DNA of 64,000 bases. Source: Vampirovibrio sp. (GTDB lineage: Bacteria > Cyanobacteriota > Vampirovibrionia > Vampirovibrionales > Vampirovibrionaceae). The notes beneath the pieces were generated by a model. That model did no database searches, was not told where the DNA came from, and saw only the letters and a program-made list of their open reading frames with translations. Location of the stretch: positions 23,931-87,930 of the forward strand of contig DAIDMR010000069.1 in assembly GCA_027448865.1 (NCBI GenBank), read 5' to 3'. Below are positions 19,043 to 28,829 of this stretch, piece after piece (position 1 is the first letter of the stretch; every line of letters starts with the position of its first letter). Both the position numbers and the translations under genes were made by a program.

Positions 19043-21190
19043 ATGACCGTGACGAAGCCTTTACAAGTCTGTAATATTCCGGCCAATCAGCCCTGGCTGT
19101 TTGACTTTTTAAAAGATGAGCTGAAACCGTATCCCAACCGTTTTCACACCGTGGCTCGCATGGTGCTTTCCGCCACTCTGACCATGCTGGTGATCATGAC
19201 TTTGCGCAGTCCAAATGGGGCCATTGGCATTTTTTTCGGGTTATTAATTTCCAGAGAGAATCCTGCCAATACTCTGAAAAGCGGTTTGCAGACCATCCTG
19301 GCTTTTATTGCCGGGCTTGTGTATACCCTGCTGGGGGTGACTCTGTCTTTGAACGAACCGCTGCCTCACTTTGTTTTTATCGCGCTGAGTTTGGCGCTGA
19401 TGTTTTTTATCATCCGCACTGTTAAAAGTTTTAGCGCTGCTTTTGGCTTCTGCTTTATTGTGGTGACAACCCTCCCCGTTTGGGAGCCGCCTTTTTCGGT
19501 TAATGCCCAGGTGGATAGCACGCTTTGGTCGGTCTTTGGCGTTATATTGGCCGTGTGCGTCGCAATGACCGTTGAGCTTATCTTTTGCCCCCGGCAGAAT
19601 ACGACAGAGGAGATTCGGAAAGGGGTTAACTATCGCCTAGATGCCATGCAAGCCCTGTTTCAGGCTTATGTGAATGAACAGGTTACTACCGACAGTCCCA
19701 AATTGGAGCGGATTAAGCAGATGGCAAGACTGGGAGCCCGCCAGTTAAAATGGTTTTTGGCCCGTTCCAGCATCGAGGATTCTTTGGGCCTGCGTAAAGC
19801 CCGATGGGGAAGTTATATTTCCGCTGTAGAGCGCTTGGTGGATACGGCTTCAAACCTGGGTATCCCCAGAAAACCCTTAACGGAGGTGGATAAAAGTCGC
19901 CTGCTTGCTTTGCAGAATGCCTGTCGATCCCTGCGACTCGCCAATATCAGCGAAAACATACCCGTACAAAAGATCGGGTCTTTTTCGGAAAATCTTTCAC
20001 GGGCATTGCCGCTGTTGTCGGATCTAGAGCGCCAGTTTGAGCGTCTGCCCCAGTTGTTGAATGAGACCAGCCTTGATGAAAAAAAGACAGAGCCCACACA
20101 ATGGTCTTGGCGACAATTATTTCTAGCAGATGCCTTTGTGAGCGTGGAGTATCTGCATTTCGCGGTGAAGGGCACGCTGGCCGGATTGGCCTGTTATGTG
20201 TTCTATTCCGCTGTCGATTGGCCCGGACTCGGTAACAGCTTGGCGACCTGTGTGATTACAGCACTTTCTACCGTAGGCTCCTCACGACAAAAACAGATTT
20301 TGAGAATGGGTGGGGCCATTTTGGGCGGCTTAATTCTGGGGATCGGTTCCCAAATTTATATTTTGCCTCACCTGGATTCCATTTTAGGATTCACTCTGTT
20401 TTTTGGGATCATAACCGCCCTATCCGCCTGGGTGACCACGGCCAGTCCCCGATTGTCATACTTCGGACTGCAAATGGCCCTTGCCTTTTACCTTATTATG
20501 TTTCAAAGCACCGCAATTCCAACCGATCTCACCATAGGACGCGATCGGGTCATTGGGACCCTACTGGGTCTGGTTGCCATGTGGGGCATTTTCGATCAAT
20601 TGTGGGCCAAACCAGCCATTCAGGAAATGAAAGAGGCCTTTGCCGCCAACATGAAGCACTTGGGGACTTTGAGCCTGGCCATGCTGTCTGTTTCACCCTC
20701 GGTGGAAGCCATGGATATCCTGCGGGAACGTATTAATAACGGTTTTAACAAGATGGATGGAAACGCGGATATGATTCTTTTTGAGTTTGGCAGGGCTCGT
20801 GCTGAGCATTTATATTGGCGATCGCGACTTGAAAATTGGCAAAATACCCAGGAGTCCTTACTTTTGGCCCAATTGGCTGTTAACCACTATCGCTCTCACA
20901 TGCAAATCTCAGATTGGCCCGAGAGTCTGCAAGCCGCACTTTTACAGTTTAATCAGGCTTTGGCAAAAACCTGGTATGAAGTGGGCCTGCGAGTGACCAC
21001 GACCCCTGACTTAGCCCTCAACAACCATGTCCTGGAACCACTGCTTGTAAAACTGAGACAGGAAGTATTCCTTCATTTCGCCTCACGCCCTGATGAGATG
21101 GGCTTCCATAATGCCGAGGCCATACTGGATTTGGATGAGCAGATCGTGCTGATGACGGAAACCCTGATCAAGGAAGTCTCTGCCGCTTGA
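19043..21190 (+). CDS. mdtO: FUSC/ArAE family inner-membrane efflux subunit, MdtO-like
   Basis: ELKPYPNR, DWPG, TCVITALSTVGSSRQKQILR, DRVIG motifs. Confidence 0.8.
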   Translation: MTVTKPLQVCNIPANQPWLFDFLKDELKPYPNRFHTVARMVLSATLTMLVIMTLRSPNGAIGIFFGLLISRENPANTLKSGLQTILAFIAGLVYTLLGVTLSLNEPLPHFVFIALSLALMFFIIRTVKSFSAAFGFCFIVVTTLPVWEPPFSVNAQVDSTLWSVFGVILAVCVAMTVELIFCPRQNTTEEIRKGVNYRLDAMQALFQAYVNEQVTTDSPKLERIKQMARLGARQLKWFLARSSIEDSLGLRKARWGSYISAVERLVDTASNLGIPRKPLTEVDKSRLLALQNACRSLRLANISENIPVQKIGSFSENLSRALPLLSDLERQFERLPQLLNETSLDEKKTEPTQWSWRQLFLADAFVSVEYLHFAVKGTLAGLACYVFYSAVDWPGLGNSLATCVITALSTVGSSRQKQILRMGGAILGGLILGIGSQIYILPHLDSILGFTLFFGIITALSAWVTTASPRLSYFGLQMALAFYLIMFQSTAIPTDLTIGRDRVIGTLLGLVAMWGIFDQLWAKPAIQEMKEAFAANMKHLGTLSLAMLSVSPSVEAMDILRERINNGFNKMDGNADMILFEFGRARAEHLYWRSRLENWQNTQESLLLAQLAVNHYRSHMQISDWPESLQAALLQFNQALAKTWYEVGLRVTTTPDLALNNHVLEPLLVKLRQEVFLHFASRPDEMGFHNAEAILDLDEQIVLMTETLIKEVSAA

Positions 21191-21332
21191 GGCAGTATAC
21201 CCGCTGGCTTCGTTTTTTTGTTCGCCAATCTTGTGCTGAACCGCTTTTTTGTATGCCGATTCAGAACTGCTTAGTCCGAAAGCTAAAGAGCCCCATCTCT
21301 TGGAACAGAAGGGGCCCCTAGCGAAGATCTTT

Positions 21333-21845
21333 TTAACTGATAACCAATTCCCAGGGCTTGGCATTGTTGCTTTTAAAGCCATCGGCCTGATACCCGGCGG
21401 CGGTCAGTTCTGTTTCGTATTGTTCAGGGTGTGCGGCCGCATCAATCATGACCTCAGAGATAATTTGCAGCGCTTCTTCCCAGTTGGCTTTCATCTCATC
21501 AGTCCATTCACCTTCTTTGGACAAATGCTCATCCAATACAGCCACTAGATTCTCTGCCACAGCGCCATAATGGCCGTTTTCCGTTTTATAGGCGATATGC
21601 CGTATGCCCATGGCTCGCAGGTAAGGCAACATAACCTCAGGGTTGGTAACAGATGCCACAATGGCGCCCACGGAAGCCATCAACTTCTTGTGTTGCTCCT
21701 CAGGCGGAGCGGTAAAGAGGTGTCGCACACTGGGATATTTCTCAAATAAACGCTCGTAAAAACGTAATCCTAATGTTCGCAACCCACCATTTTCTTTTTT
21801 GGCGCGATCAAACGATTCTGCAATCAGGGCCACATTCAATGTCAT
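21333..21845 (-). CDS. Single-domain bacterial globin
   Basis: FYERLFEKYPSVRHLF (TyrB10, PheCD1), EQHKKL (GlnE7), MGIRH (HisF8), HYGAV; AAGGA RBS before ATG 21845. Confidence 0.9.
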   Translation of the reverse strand: MTLNVALIAESFDRAKKENGGLRTLGLRFYERLFEKYPSVRHLFTAPPEEQHKKLMASVGAIVASVTNPEVMLPYLRAMGIRHIAYKTENGHYGAVAENLVAVLDEHLSKEGEWTDEMKANWEEALQIISEVMIDAAAHPEQYETELTAAGYQADGFKSNNAKPWELVIS

Positions 21846-21908
21846 AGGGCGATTCCTTTTCAATTTAGGGGATACGTTTACTCTAGTCCATCCCACCCCT
21901 GAGCCTCA

Positions 21909-21922
21909 TTGACTTAAGTCAA
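21909..21922. promoter_or_regulatory. FNR/DNR-type box upstream of the globin
   Basis: Perfect palindrome TTGACTTAAGTCAA; minus-strand TAGAGT -10 at 21885-21880 gives class II spacing. Confidence 0.7.
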
Positions 21923-22615
21923 GCTTGCGTCGATGCTGGCCAGTGTCATCAATTGTTCACGCTCTAATAAATGAATCCGGTTTTCCTCGACCCTAATGAA
22001 GCCTTTTTCCGCCAATTTTTTGAAAGTACGGGAAAGTGTTTCAGGAATAGTGCCCAAAATGGATGCCAGTGTTTTCTTATGAATATATATTATCGCTTTG
22101 TCGGGAGAATTCTCACTGACCGACAACAAGTATTTGGCCAGGCGGGAATCCACCGTCCGGAGTGAGAGATCTTCAATAATTTCACTGAATTTATGAAGCC
22201 GTTGGGCAAAAACGCTCAGTAAGCTCAGCGCCAGATCTGGATATTGCTTTACCAGGGCCCGAAAGGCATGACCCTGAATGACCAGCACCTCGGTATCCTC
22301 CGTACAGAGACTGTTGGCGGGATATTTGGGAATACCGCTAAAAACAGGGACTTCCGCAAAAATATCACCCGGCCCAAAAAGGTGCAGAATCATTTCCTTG
22401 CCCTCCCCGGAAATTTTGTAAATCTGCACTTTACCACCCAATACTATAAAAAAGGCGGTGGCCTCTTCCCCCTGGGAGAAGATTAACTCGCCAGCCTGGT
22501 ATTTTTGAATGGTGGAAATAGCGGCCAGCTCATCCAGCTGCTGTTCTTTCAGCAACCGAAAATGAAAAAGGCGCTTGAGGGTACTTTTAACGGTATGTCC
22601 GGTTAAAGCAAACAT
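21914..22615 (-). CDS. Crp/Fnr family regulator (DNR/HcpR-like, no FNR Cys cluster)
   Basis: cNMP domain GDIFAE; HTH LASILGTIPETLSR with FNR-type ExxSR recognition helix. Confidence 0.92.
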   Translation of the reverse strand: MFALTGHTVKSTLKRLFHFRLLKEQQLDELAAISTIQKYQAGELIFSQGEEATAFFIVLGGKVQIYKISGEGKEMILHLFGPGDIFAEVPVFSGIPKYPANSLCTEDTEVLVIQGHAFRALVKQYPDLALSLLSVFAQRLHKFSEIIEDLSLRTVDSRLAKYLLSVSENSPDKAIIYIHKKTLASILGTIPETLSRTFKKLAEKGFIRVEENRIHLLEREQLMTLASIDASLT

Positions 22616-22622
22616 GCTCTCA

Positions 22623-22955
22623 TTATAGCGACTTAAACTTGAAAACTACAAACACGCAGTCAGTTTCGGCTTCAGCGCCATGAGGTGTGCCCGCTTGCAT
22701 TTCCAGCATTGAGCCTGGATGCATGACATAGGCGTCATCGTTGGCTGTAAACCGGGCTTTGCCACGCAGCCATAAAACCAGAACCTGATCATCGGTCTTG
22801 TGACATTTGAGAGCAGTTCCGGCTTTCAGGGATACGCGTTTGATCTGGGTGTGCCCCACAGCAGCCAAAGGAGTAATGAGAGGTTTATCGACTTCAAAAT
22901 CACAGTGTTCCAGTATATTTTTGTAGTGAACTTCTGAATTAAAAGCAATTGACAT
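22623..22955 (-). CDS. Cupin-domain protein
   Basis: HKT...LRGKARF...MHPGSMLEMQAGTPHG cupin motifs; ORF could start at TTG 22961. Confidence 0.8.
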   Translation of the reverse strand: MSIAFNSEVHYKNILEHCDFEVDKPLITPLAAVGHTQIKRVSLKAGTALKCHKTDDQVLVLWLRGKARFTANDDAYVMHPGSMLEMQAGTPHGAEAETDCVFVVFKFKSL

Positions 22956-23007
22956 ATTCAAACTCCACTTAGTACGTTCATCCTAAAACAACGTCCTCAA
23001 GATTGCC

Positions 23008-23021
23008 TTGATTTAAGTCAA
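23008..23021. promoter_or_regulatory. FNR/DNR-type box upstream of cupin-Crp/Fnr genes
   Basis: TTGATTTAAGTCAA; minus-strand TAGGAT -10 at 22985-22980. Confidence 0.7.
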
Positions 23022-23202
23022 GACTACCGGGTCTGTACCGGTGTAACGCAGTGCTGGAAAGACGCCTTCATCATAAAAACTCGCACCCGAATCGTTAATT
23101 TTTCCAACGCGTTATGCATGTGTCGTTCCCAGAAGCTGCCCAAAATCCACTGGTACAAATTACCGTGTTGTGTTTTTATGCAAAAAATATTGTAAGAGGA
23201 TC

Positions 23203-24203
23203 ATGATCGTGGTCTCTGTTTCTGGCGCAACGACTCACCCATTCGCTCAAACCCATCACGCGAACGGTACTAGGCCGACTTCATCTCTAAAACCCGCTCA
23301 CCTCACACGTTTTTCTGGGGGCGGTAACCCAGCCGAAACAGACAAGGCTCCCCCTCGTGGCCTGAAAAAGCTGACCCACCTGTGGAGGGCTTTCAGAAAA
23401 AAGTCCTAGAGCTGCTTCGCTGGGCCACCTACAAATTGGGGTTCAAGGAGCAGCACAAGCAATTCCACCTCAAACTCTTCCCCGGCTATCAGGCCATTCT
23501 GGAAAAAGCACAGAAAAACGCCACGATTTCGCTACCAGAGGGGGGCCTCCAGCTTTTGAAACCAGTCTATGACTCCATTGAAAAGAAGATGGTGTACCCT
23601 AAAGGCATGTTATTCCTGGATGGTGTTCCCTATAACCAGCCGGATGATGAGATTCGACAACTGTCAGCCATGCATTTATGGATCAATAGTAATGCCTTTT
23701 ATCCAGATGGTTCTGGAAAAGAAGACAATTATACCCATAAGGCGAATGAGAATACGGTTCACTATTACCTGGGCGAATTGGTGAAGCGAATTCAACCCGA
23801 AGATGCTCTAAGACTTATGAACCAGGAAAAGGATTACTGGACTCATAAAGGTTCTTACGAAGTCCCTCAGTCATCTGCACGGTTAACTTATTTTTTCAGC
23901 CTCTGCTCTAAAGTGGCAGAGAAGCCCGGTCTGTTAAAAATCAACCCCCAATGGTTTATCGGGGAAGATAAAAATGAGGATTATCAACTTAAAGGGCCAT
24001 CAGGGCTTTTAGATGCTTGGGCCAGTGTCAAAGCCCACAGAGCTGACAATGAATATCTGGAATCTATTGGCTATATGCCCATGAGCCAAGCGTTTCAGGC
24101 GTTTAATCTTCCTAGAACGGTACATGTCATTGACAAGCTAGTCCATGAGGGAAAAATCCCAGCAAAGCGTGAAGACCGGAAACCTGCTGAAACATTTAGG
24201 TAA
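23203..24203 (+). CDS. Hypothetical protein split across two frames (about 333 aa if joined by a -1 shift; otherwise pseudogene or sequence error)
   Basis: ORF 23203-23409 overlaps ORF 23382-24203 in the -1 frame at A_AAA_AAG (23397-23403). Confidence 0.6.
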
Positions 24204-24317
24204 TTCCGCCTCACACCAAGACAATTCTCAAACGACCCTTTTAAGTGACAAACAGCAGGCATTGAAAAAAGAGGAGTGAAACAAACGCTTATTTTTGAAG
24301 CCAGGTTTTTATCCTGA

Positions 24318-26129
24318 TCATTGTCCTTGAGGCTCTTGAATAAGCGCTCTATCTGATTCGGCCTGTTCTTTGCTCGCCTCAAGCAATATTTGAACGGCTT
24401 GAGCCTGATGATGTTGCCGCGCCAGGTCCAATGCGGTTTGGCCGTTCGCATTTTTTTGCCCAAGCGTTTGAGGTGACTTGGCCAAAACCTGCAACATCGC
24501 CAAGTTATTGCGCAATACCGCTTTCATCAAAGCCGTTTCCCCCTTTTTGTCTTTCAGGGTGGTATCAGCTCCTGCCCGGATTAGCAACTGGGTAACATTG
24601 GCTAAATGATTCTTGTAATCGACAAAAGCTCCCTCAGGGACGCGAACTCTCCGCATCGCCGTGATTGCTTTGACCAAGTGGACTCTGAATCGGTCATAGG
24701 TGGACTGCTGGTAGTCTGAGTCCTTTAATTGAGTGAGGGCCATCAAGGCGCTTTGCCCTTCATGATCCTGGATATTTAGATTGACGGGCTGAGCATCGGC
24801 TCTGGAGAAAATGTTGCCTAAGCGTTGTCTACCCCAGGGGGTAAAGAATGCGAATGCCCCTAATAACGTAAGCTCTCCGTTTTCTGCGGCATGAATCAGT
24901 GCTGTTTTCCCGGCTTGGTTTTGATAATTCGGTTGCCGGGACCTGGAAAGCAGAGCAATACTATAGATGCCGTTTGTGAAAGCCAGAGACGATTTCCTCT
25001 TGGCCAGGTACATTAAAGGGGTGTTTTGATCATTGTCGGGAATGTCTGGACTGGCATCGCTCAGGAGCAGAGAGAGCACAAAGGTACTAAAACAGATTGG
25101 ACTTGCCTCCCGGAGTGGAGAATTCGCCAAATGACTTAATGCGGTCTTTCCGTCTTTGTCCTGAACGTTAATCACATCCAGACTCTTTGTAGAAAGCGCC
25201 TGTGATGCACGAATAAAGCCGGGCACTCCAAATTTACCCGATATTAACTTTTTTCCAAGCGTATAAATTGAGCTGCTCGTCCAAGGCTCTACTTTGACGT
25301 TGGTTGTCCAATGCATCAACGCGGTTTTACCCTCTGAATCCTGAGCATTAGCCTGGGCCCCCAGACTTAAAAGCCGAATAATGGCGTAGGGATTACCCCG
25401 CTGAGCAGCCCAGATTAAGGCCGTTTTTCCTTGATGATCTCGACGATTGAGGGCCGCGCCGTTTTCCGTTAACTCATAGGCCGCAAAGTTATTCCCCGCG
25501 CGAAGGGCATTCATCAGCGGGGTGCGCCCCTGGTTATCCGCTGCGTTCACTCTCACCATAGGGCGCTTTGCCAAAGCCTCACCGGGGAGGGATTGGCTAT
25601 AGGGGTAATCCGGAAGCTCCTGGCAATCTTCGGCCTTGGCATGTTTCAGTAACGTCATGAACGACTGGTTGTTTCCCTGGGCGGCAGACAGCGCAAGCCC
25701 GGTACGCCCTTCGGAATCCTTGGCCGAGGGGTCTGCGCCACCTCGCAGTAATTTTTGAATGGCCTTGGGATAATCCCCTTTTTTAGCCGCTTGCAGTAAA
25801 AGCGTGTCCCCTTCACTGTCTTTGGACTCCAAATCAACTCGAAATTGCTCCCGTCCTGACCGACCTTGTTTTTCGCTGGCCAGCAAGGCTGTCATAATGG
25901 CCCCATCATTATGCTCCAGGCTATTGAATAAGAACGGTGAATTTTCAGTGAGTGCTTTTAATACAGGGTACAAGGATCGTGCATTACTGTCACCCGGGTT
26001 CGTATTTTCAGCCGTAGCAGACTCAGATTTCCTTGTTTTGGGTTTAAACGGGAGCCAACTTGTAAGAGACGAGGAGAGAGGAGAGGTCATAGCAAACGCA
26101 GGGCTTTCTTTACTGATTGCGGGGTACAC
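24318..26129 (-). CDS. Ankyrin repeat protein
   Basis: Many repeats such as DxxGxTAL/TPLMxA, GAALNRRD, GADTTLKD. Confidence 0.9.
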   Translation of the reverse strand: MYPAISKESPAFAMTSPLSSSLTSWLPFKPKTRKSESATAENTNPGDSNARSLYPVLKALTENSPFLFNSLEHNDGAIMTALLASEKQGRSGREQFRVDLESKDSEGDTLLLQAAKKGDYPKAIQKLLRGGADPSAKDSEGRTGLALSAAQGNNQSFMTLLKHAKAEDCQELPDYPYSQSLPGEALAKRPMVRVNAADNQGRTPLMNALRAGNNFAAYELTENGAALNRRDHQGKTALIWAAQRGNPYAIIRLLSLGAQANAQDSEGKTALMHWTTNVKVEPWTSSSIYTLGKKLISGKFGVPGFIRASQALSTKSLDVINVQDKDGKTALSHLANSPLREASPICFSTFVLSLLLSDASPDIPDNDQNTPLMYLAKRKSSLAFTNGIYSIALLSRSRQPNYQNQAGKTALIHAAENGELTLLGAFAFFTPWGRQRLGNIFSRADAQPVNLNIQDHEGQSALMALTQLKDSDYQQSTYDRFRVHLVKAITAMRRVRVPEGAFVDYKNHLANVTQLLIRAGADTTLKDKKGETALMKAVLRNNLAMLQVLAKSPQTLGQKNANGQTALDLARQHHQAQAVQILLEASKEQAESDRALIQEPQGQ

Positions 26130-26272
26130 TAATTCGGTCTAGATTGTCCTTTAATACAAAACGAAGGGCCTCTATTTGATACCAAATTTTGACTCAAAAC
26201 CTGGATAGAGGGAACTGGCTAGAAGAGAAAAACCGATTTAGCGACTTAAACTGGGTTTATTTTACCCGATTT

Positions 26273-28429
26273 TCAAGCTGACTCATTACCCTTTTCCCTG
26301 TCCCAGTCTTCCTTCAACTGTTGCCAATGTGGGAGATTTCCAAAAAACCAGGGATAAATGGCGTCTTCAACCCAGTATTCTTTACCCTGAACCATTTTAA
26401 ATAAAGATCCAATTGCTTCTGGAAATGATTTTTTCGACAAGACGGATCGGTCGATCAAAATGCGATTGTTGTTCTGACTCACTCGCACAAAACTATCCGA
26501 GGCAAGCTCGCCATTTTTGTTCTCTGGCAGAGAGACCACATCAATAGGCAGGGTGGACAATTCCGCTAAGCGATCGACTCTACTGGTAAAGTAACTGTGC
26601 TTGTCTTTATTTTGCCGCTTCACTGTCTCAATCAGCGAATTCAAGCCGGAGGACAACACCTTCAACTGCCTTTGCTCTCTCGGCGTCAAGTGGGTGATCT
26701 TAGTGGCTTTACTTTCTAATAAGGCATTTCGATCCATAAGAATCGCGTGCCCGTCAGGTACACCCAGGTGCTGCAAGGCAGGATTTACCGGAATATAACC
26801 GTCTTTAAACAACTTAGTCAGTTGCTCCTGGCCTTCTTTTCCACGCATCAATTGATAGGGATTAATGGCGACCAATCCCTCCGGAATAAACGCTGGGTTT
26901 GGCGATTCACCTTTTTTTGTGGTTCCCTTTGCAGCTTCGTAGGTTAAAGCCGCGTAATGACTGCACAAAGTTTCCAGCATCATGTTCGCGGCTTTTTTGT
27001 CATCTCCGCGAATGGCTTTGTCTTCCAGCAAGTCTTCAGGTTTCTTGTAGAACCAATGATCTCTGAGAACCTGAATACCCTGAGCCGTTTGTTCCAGAGA
27101 CATTCCTTCCACCACCTTCCTTAAGATGGTCTCAACATCGTGATCTTGAATGGCCACGCGATCACGATCCGTTAAATTGAGGACTTTTTTGTTACTCCAC
27201 AAAATTAAGCCGGGTATGGCATCATAATGACCTTCCTGACCGAAGGTCCTTAGCTGTCCAGCTTCATAGACACGGCCAGGGGCCTTTTTACTGGTTTGTA
27301 ACTTGAAGCCCCCAATCTCGTTTTCATATAGGGGATCCTTGAATATTTCATTGGAAGGGTTGTAGAAAAGCTTATGCCCATCTTTGAGTGACTCTGCAAG
27401 GATTGGATGCGTTGTCTCAAATTCCAGGCTATTGCCTTTAATCGGCGGATTGAGCGGCGTTAACTGAACCATTAGGCCCCGGACTTTATTGTTAGAAACA
27501 AATTGAGAGCCTGGATAATCCAATTTAAAATCCGCCTGCCATTCACCGGAACGGAAAGTGACCTGCTTGGCTCCAAAATCTCTTAATAGCAAGAGGGCCA
27601 TTACTTTTGCGCCCTCACCAAAGCCACCGGCTGTGGAGTCTTTACCCTGCTTGTCTGTCCCCCCCAGGGCCAGTAGCTTGTCAACGTCATAGGTCGCGGA
27701 GGCGGTGATGTTGACCCGATGGCTTCCTGAGCGTGGCTCGCTGACCTGGATGGACACGCCATCCAGGGTCTGGCCTTGCCCGTCGTAGAAGTTTTGCAAG
27801 GCATCCCGCGCTACTTTAAAAGGACTCCACTGGATACCGTAGCTTTCAAGGATGTTAATAAACGTAAAATTGCGGTAATGCCGCATGATTTCATTCTCGG
27901 GGCCAAAGAATCTGGAGGCCCTGGCAACACCTGTTGTTTTTCGCACCTGTCTGGAAAAGTCTATTTTTTTGAGAGCCGGCTGATCCAAAATGGCTTTCAT
28001 TCTCTCTGGCGTCAACTGTCTCAACTGCTTTAGAACCCCTTCAGCCTGGCGTTTACGTAAAAACGAAAAAAATTGCTGAAGGGCATAGGAAGGATTAAAC
28101 CATTTTACGGCGGATTTAAACCAGTTTTTGAGCTTTGCCCAAAGTCCTTTCGGCTTTTGAGGCAGGATGTCCGGAACTTCAGATAGTTTCTGCTTGGGTT
28201 TGAACCGATTGAAAAATGAGCGAAACCAGGATGTTACACGATTCCAAAATTTAGTAAGCGCAGAAGGCTGACTGTTCTTATTATTACTCCCGCTAAATCT
28301 CGTTCTCTCAACTGGAGAGGATGGAACCGAAGGATACGCATCAGGCCTTTGGCCAGTATGTGTTACGCGATTCCTGGAAGACGAAGATAAGGGTCTCTGC
28401 GTATAATTTGGGGTTTCCGGTATGGACAT
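26273..28429 (-). CDS. Hypothetical protein with central GHKL (HATPase)-like domain
   Basis: WSPFKVARDALQNFYD, LGGTDK, AGGFGEGAK resemble GHKL N/G boxes; ATG 28429 preferred over TTG 28450. Confidence 0.65.
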   Translation of the reverse strand: MSIPETPNYTQRPLSSSSRNRVTHTGQRPDAYPSVPSSPVERTRFSGSNNKNSQPSALTKFWNRVTSWFRSFFNRFKPKQKLSEVPDILPQKPKGLWAKLKNWFKSAVKWFNPSYALQQFFSFLRKRQAEGVLKQLRQLTPERMKAILDQPALKKIDFSRQVRKTTGVARASRFFGPENEIMRHYRNFTFINILESYGIQWSPFKVARDALQNFYDGQGQTLDGVSIQVSEPRSGSHRVNITASATYDVDKLLALGGTDKQGKDSTAGGFGEGAKVMALLLLRDFGAKQVTFRSGEWQADFKLDYPGSQFVSNNKVRGLMVQLTPLNPPIKGNSLEFETTHPILAESLKDGHKLFYNPSNEIFKDPLYENEIGGFKLQTSKKAPGRVYEAGQLRTFGQEGHYDAIPGLILWSNKKVLNLTDRDRVAIQDHDVETILRKVVEGMSLEQTAQGIQVLRDHWFYKKPEDLLEDKAIRGDDKKAANMMLETLCSHYAALTYEAAKGTTKKGESPNPAFIPEGLVAINPYQLMRGKEGQEQLTKLFKDGYIPVNPALQHLGVPDGHAILMDRNALLESKATKITHLTPREQRQLKVLSSGLNSLIETVKRQNKDKHSYFTSRVDRLAELSTLPIDVVSLPENKNGELASDSFVRVSQNNNRILIDRSVLSKKSFPEAIGSLFKMVQGKEYWVEDAIYPWFFGNLPHWQQLKEDWDREKGNESA

Positions 28430-28503
28430 AAGGCCTTCATATCTGAGCAATGAGCTGTAAACACTAATCTAAAACCGTTAAAGCTCATTTGTTGCTATCT
28501 TCC

Positions 28504-28519
28504 TGCAAAGATTACGCCA
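28504..28519 (-). promoter_or_regulatory. Candidate sigma-54 (-24/-12) promoter
   Basis: Minus strand TGGCGTAATCTTTGCA with correct GG-N10-GC spacing, 75 bp upstream of the 28429 start. Confidence 0.5.
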
Positions 28520-28677
28520 TTTCAGCGACTGTTTTATTGAACCCTGTCACAAAAGTTTGGCGGACTTGAACGGGCTTGATCGCTTAAGTGTCATCAGAAC
28601 GACTGGCGGGCCAAAAACTAGAAAAGCCCCAGTTGGACGTTCATCCTTCTGAGACTTGGGTTTTGTGAAGAAAAGGT

Positions 28678-28700
28678 TGGTACCCCCAGGGGAATTCGAA
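28678..28700 (-). repeat. att site: 23-bp copy of tRNA-Glu 3' end
   Basis: Minus strand TTCGAATTCCCCTGGGGGTACCA (T-loop, acceptor stem, CCA) like cyanobacterial/plastid tRNA-Glu; 5' part of the tRNA is absent. Confidence 0.8.
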
Positions 28701-28829
28701 AAGGAGAAATATGGTTTACCGCCCATTACCGGTACCTCCTTAAACCTAACCGTAGAGATGCTTTTGCCCCTATGCTCAAAAAATAAGTGTTTTTATTTTC
28801 TACTGAGATATACCCCCTTTTCCCAACAC

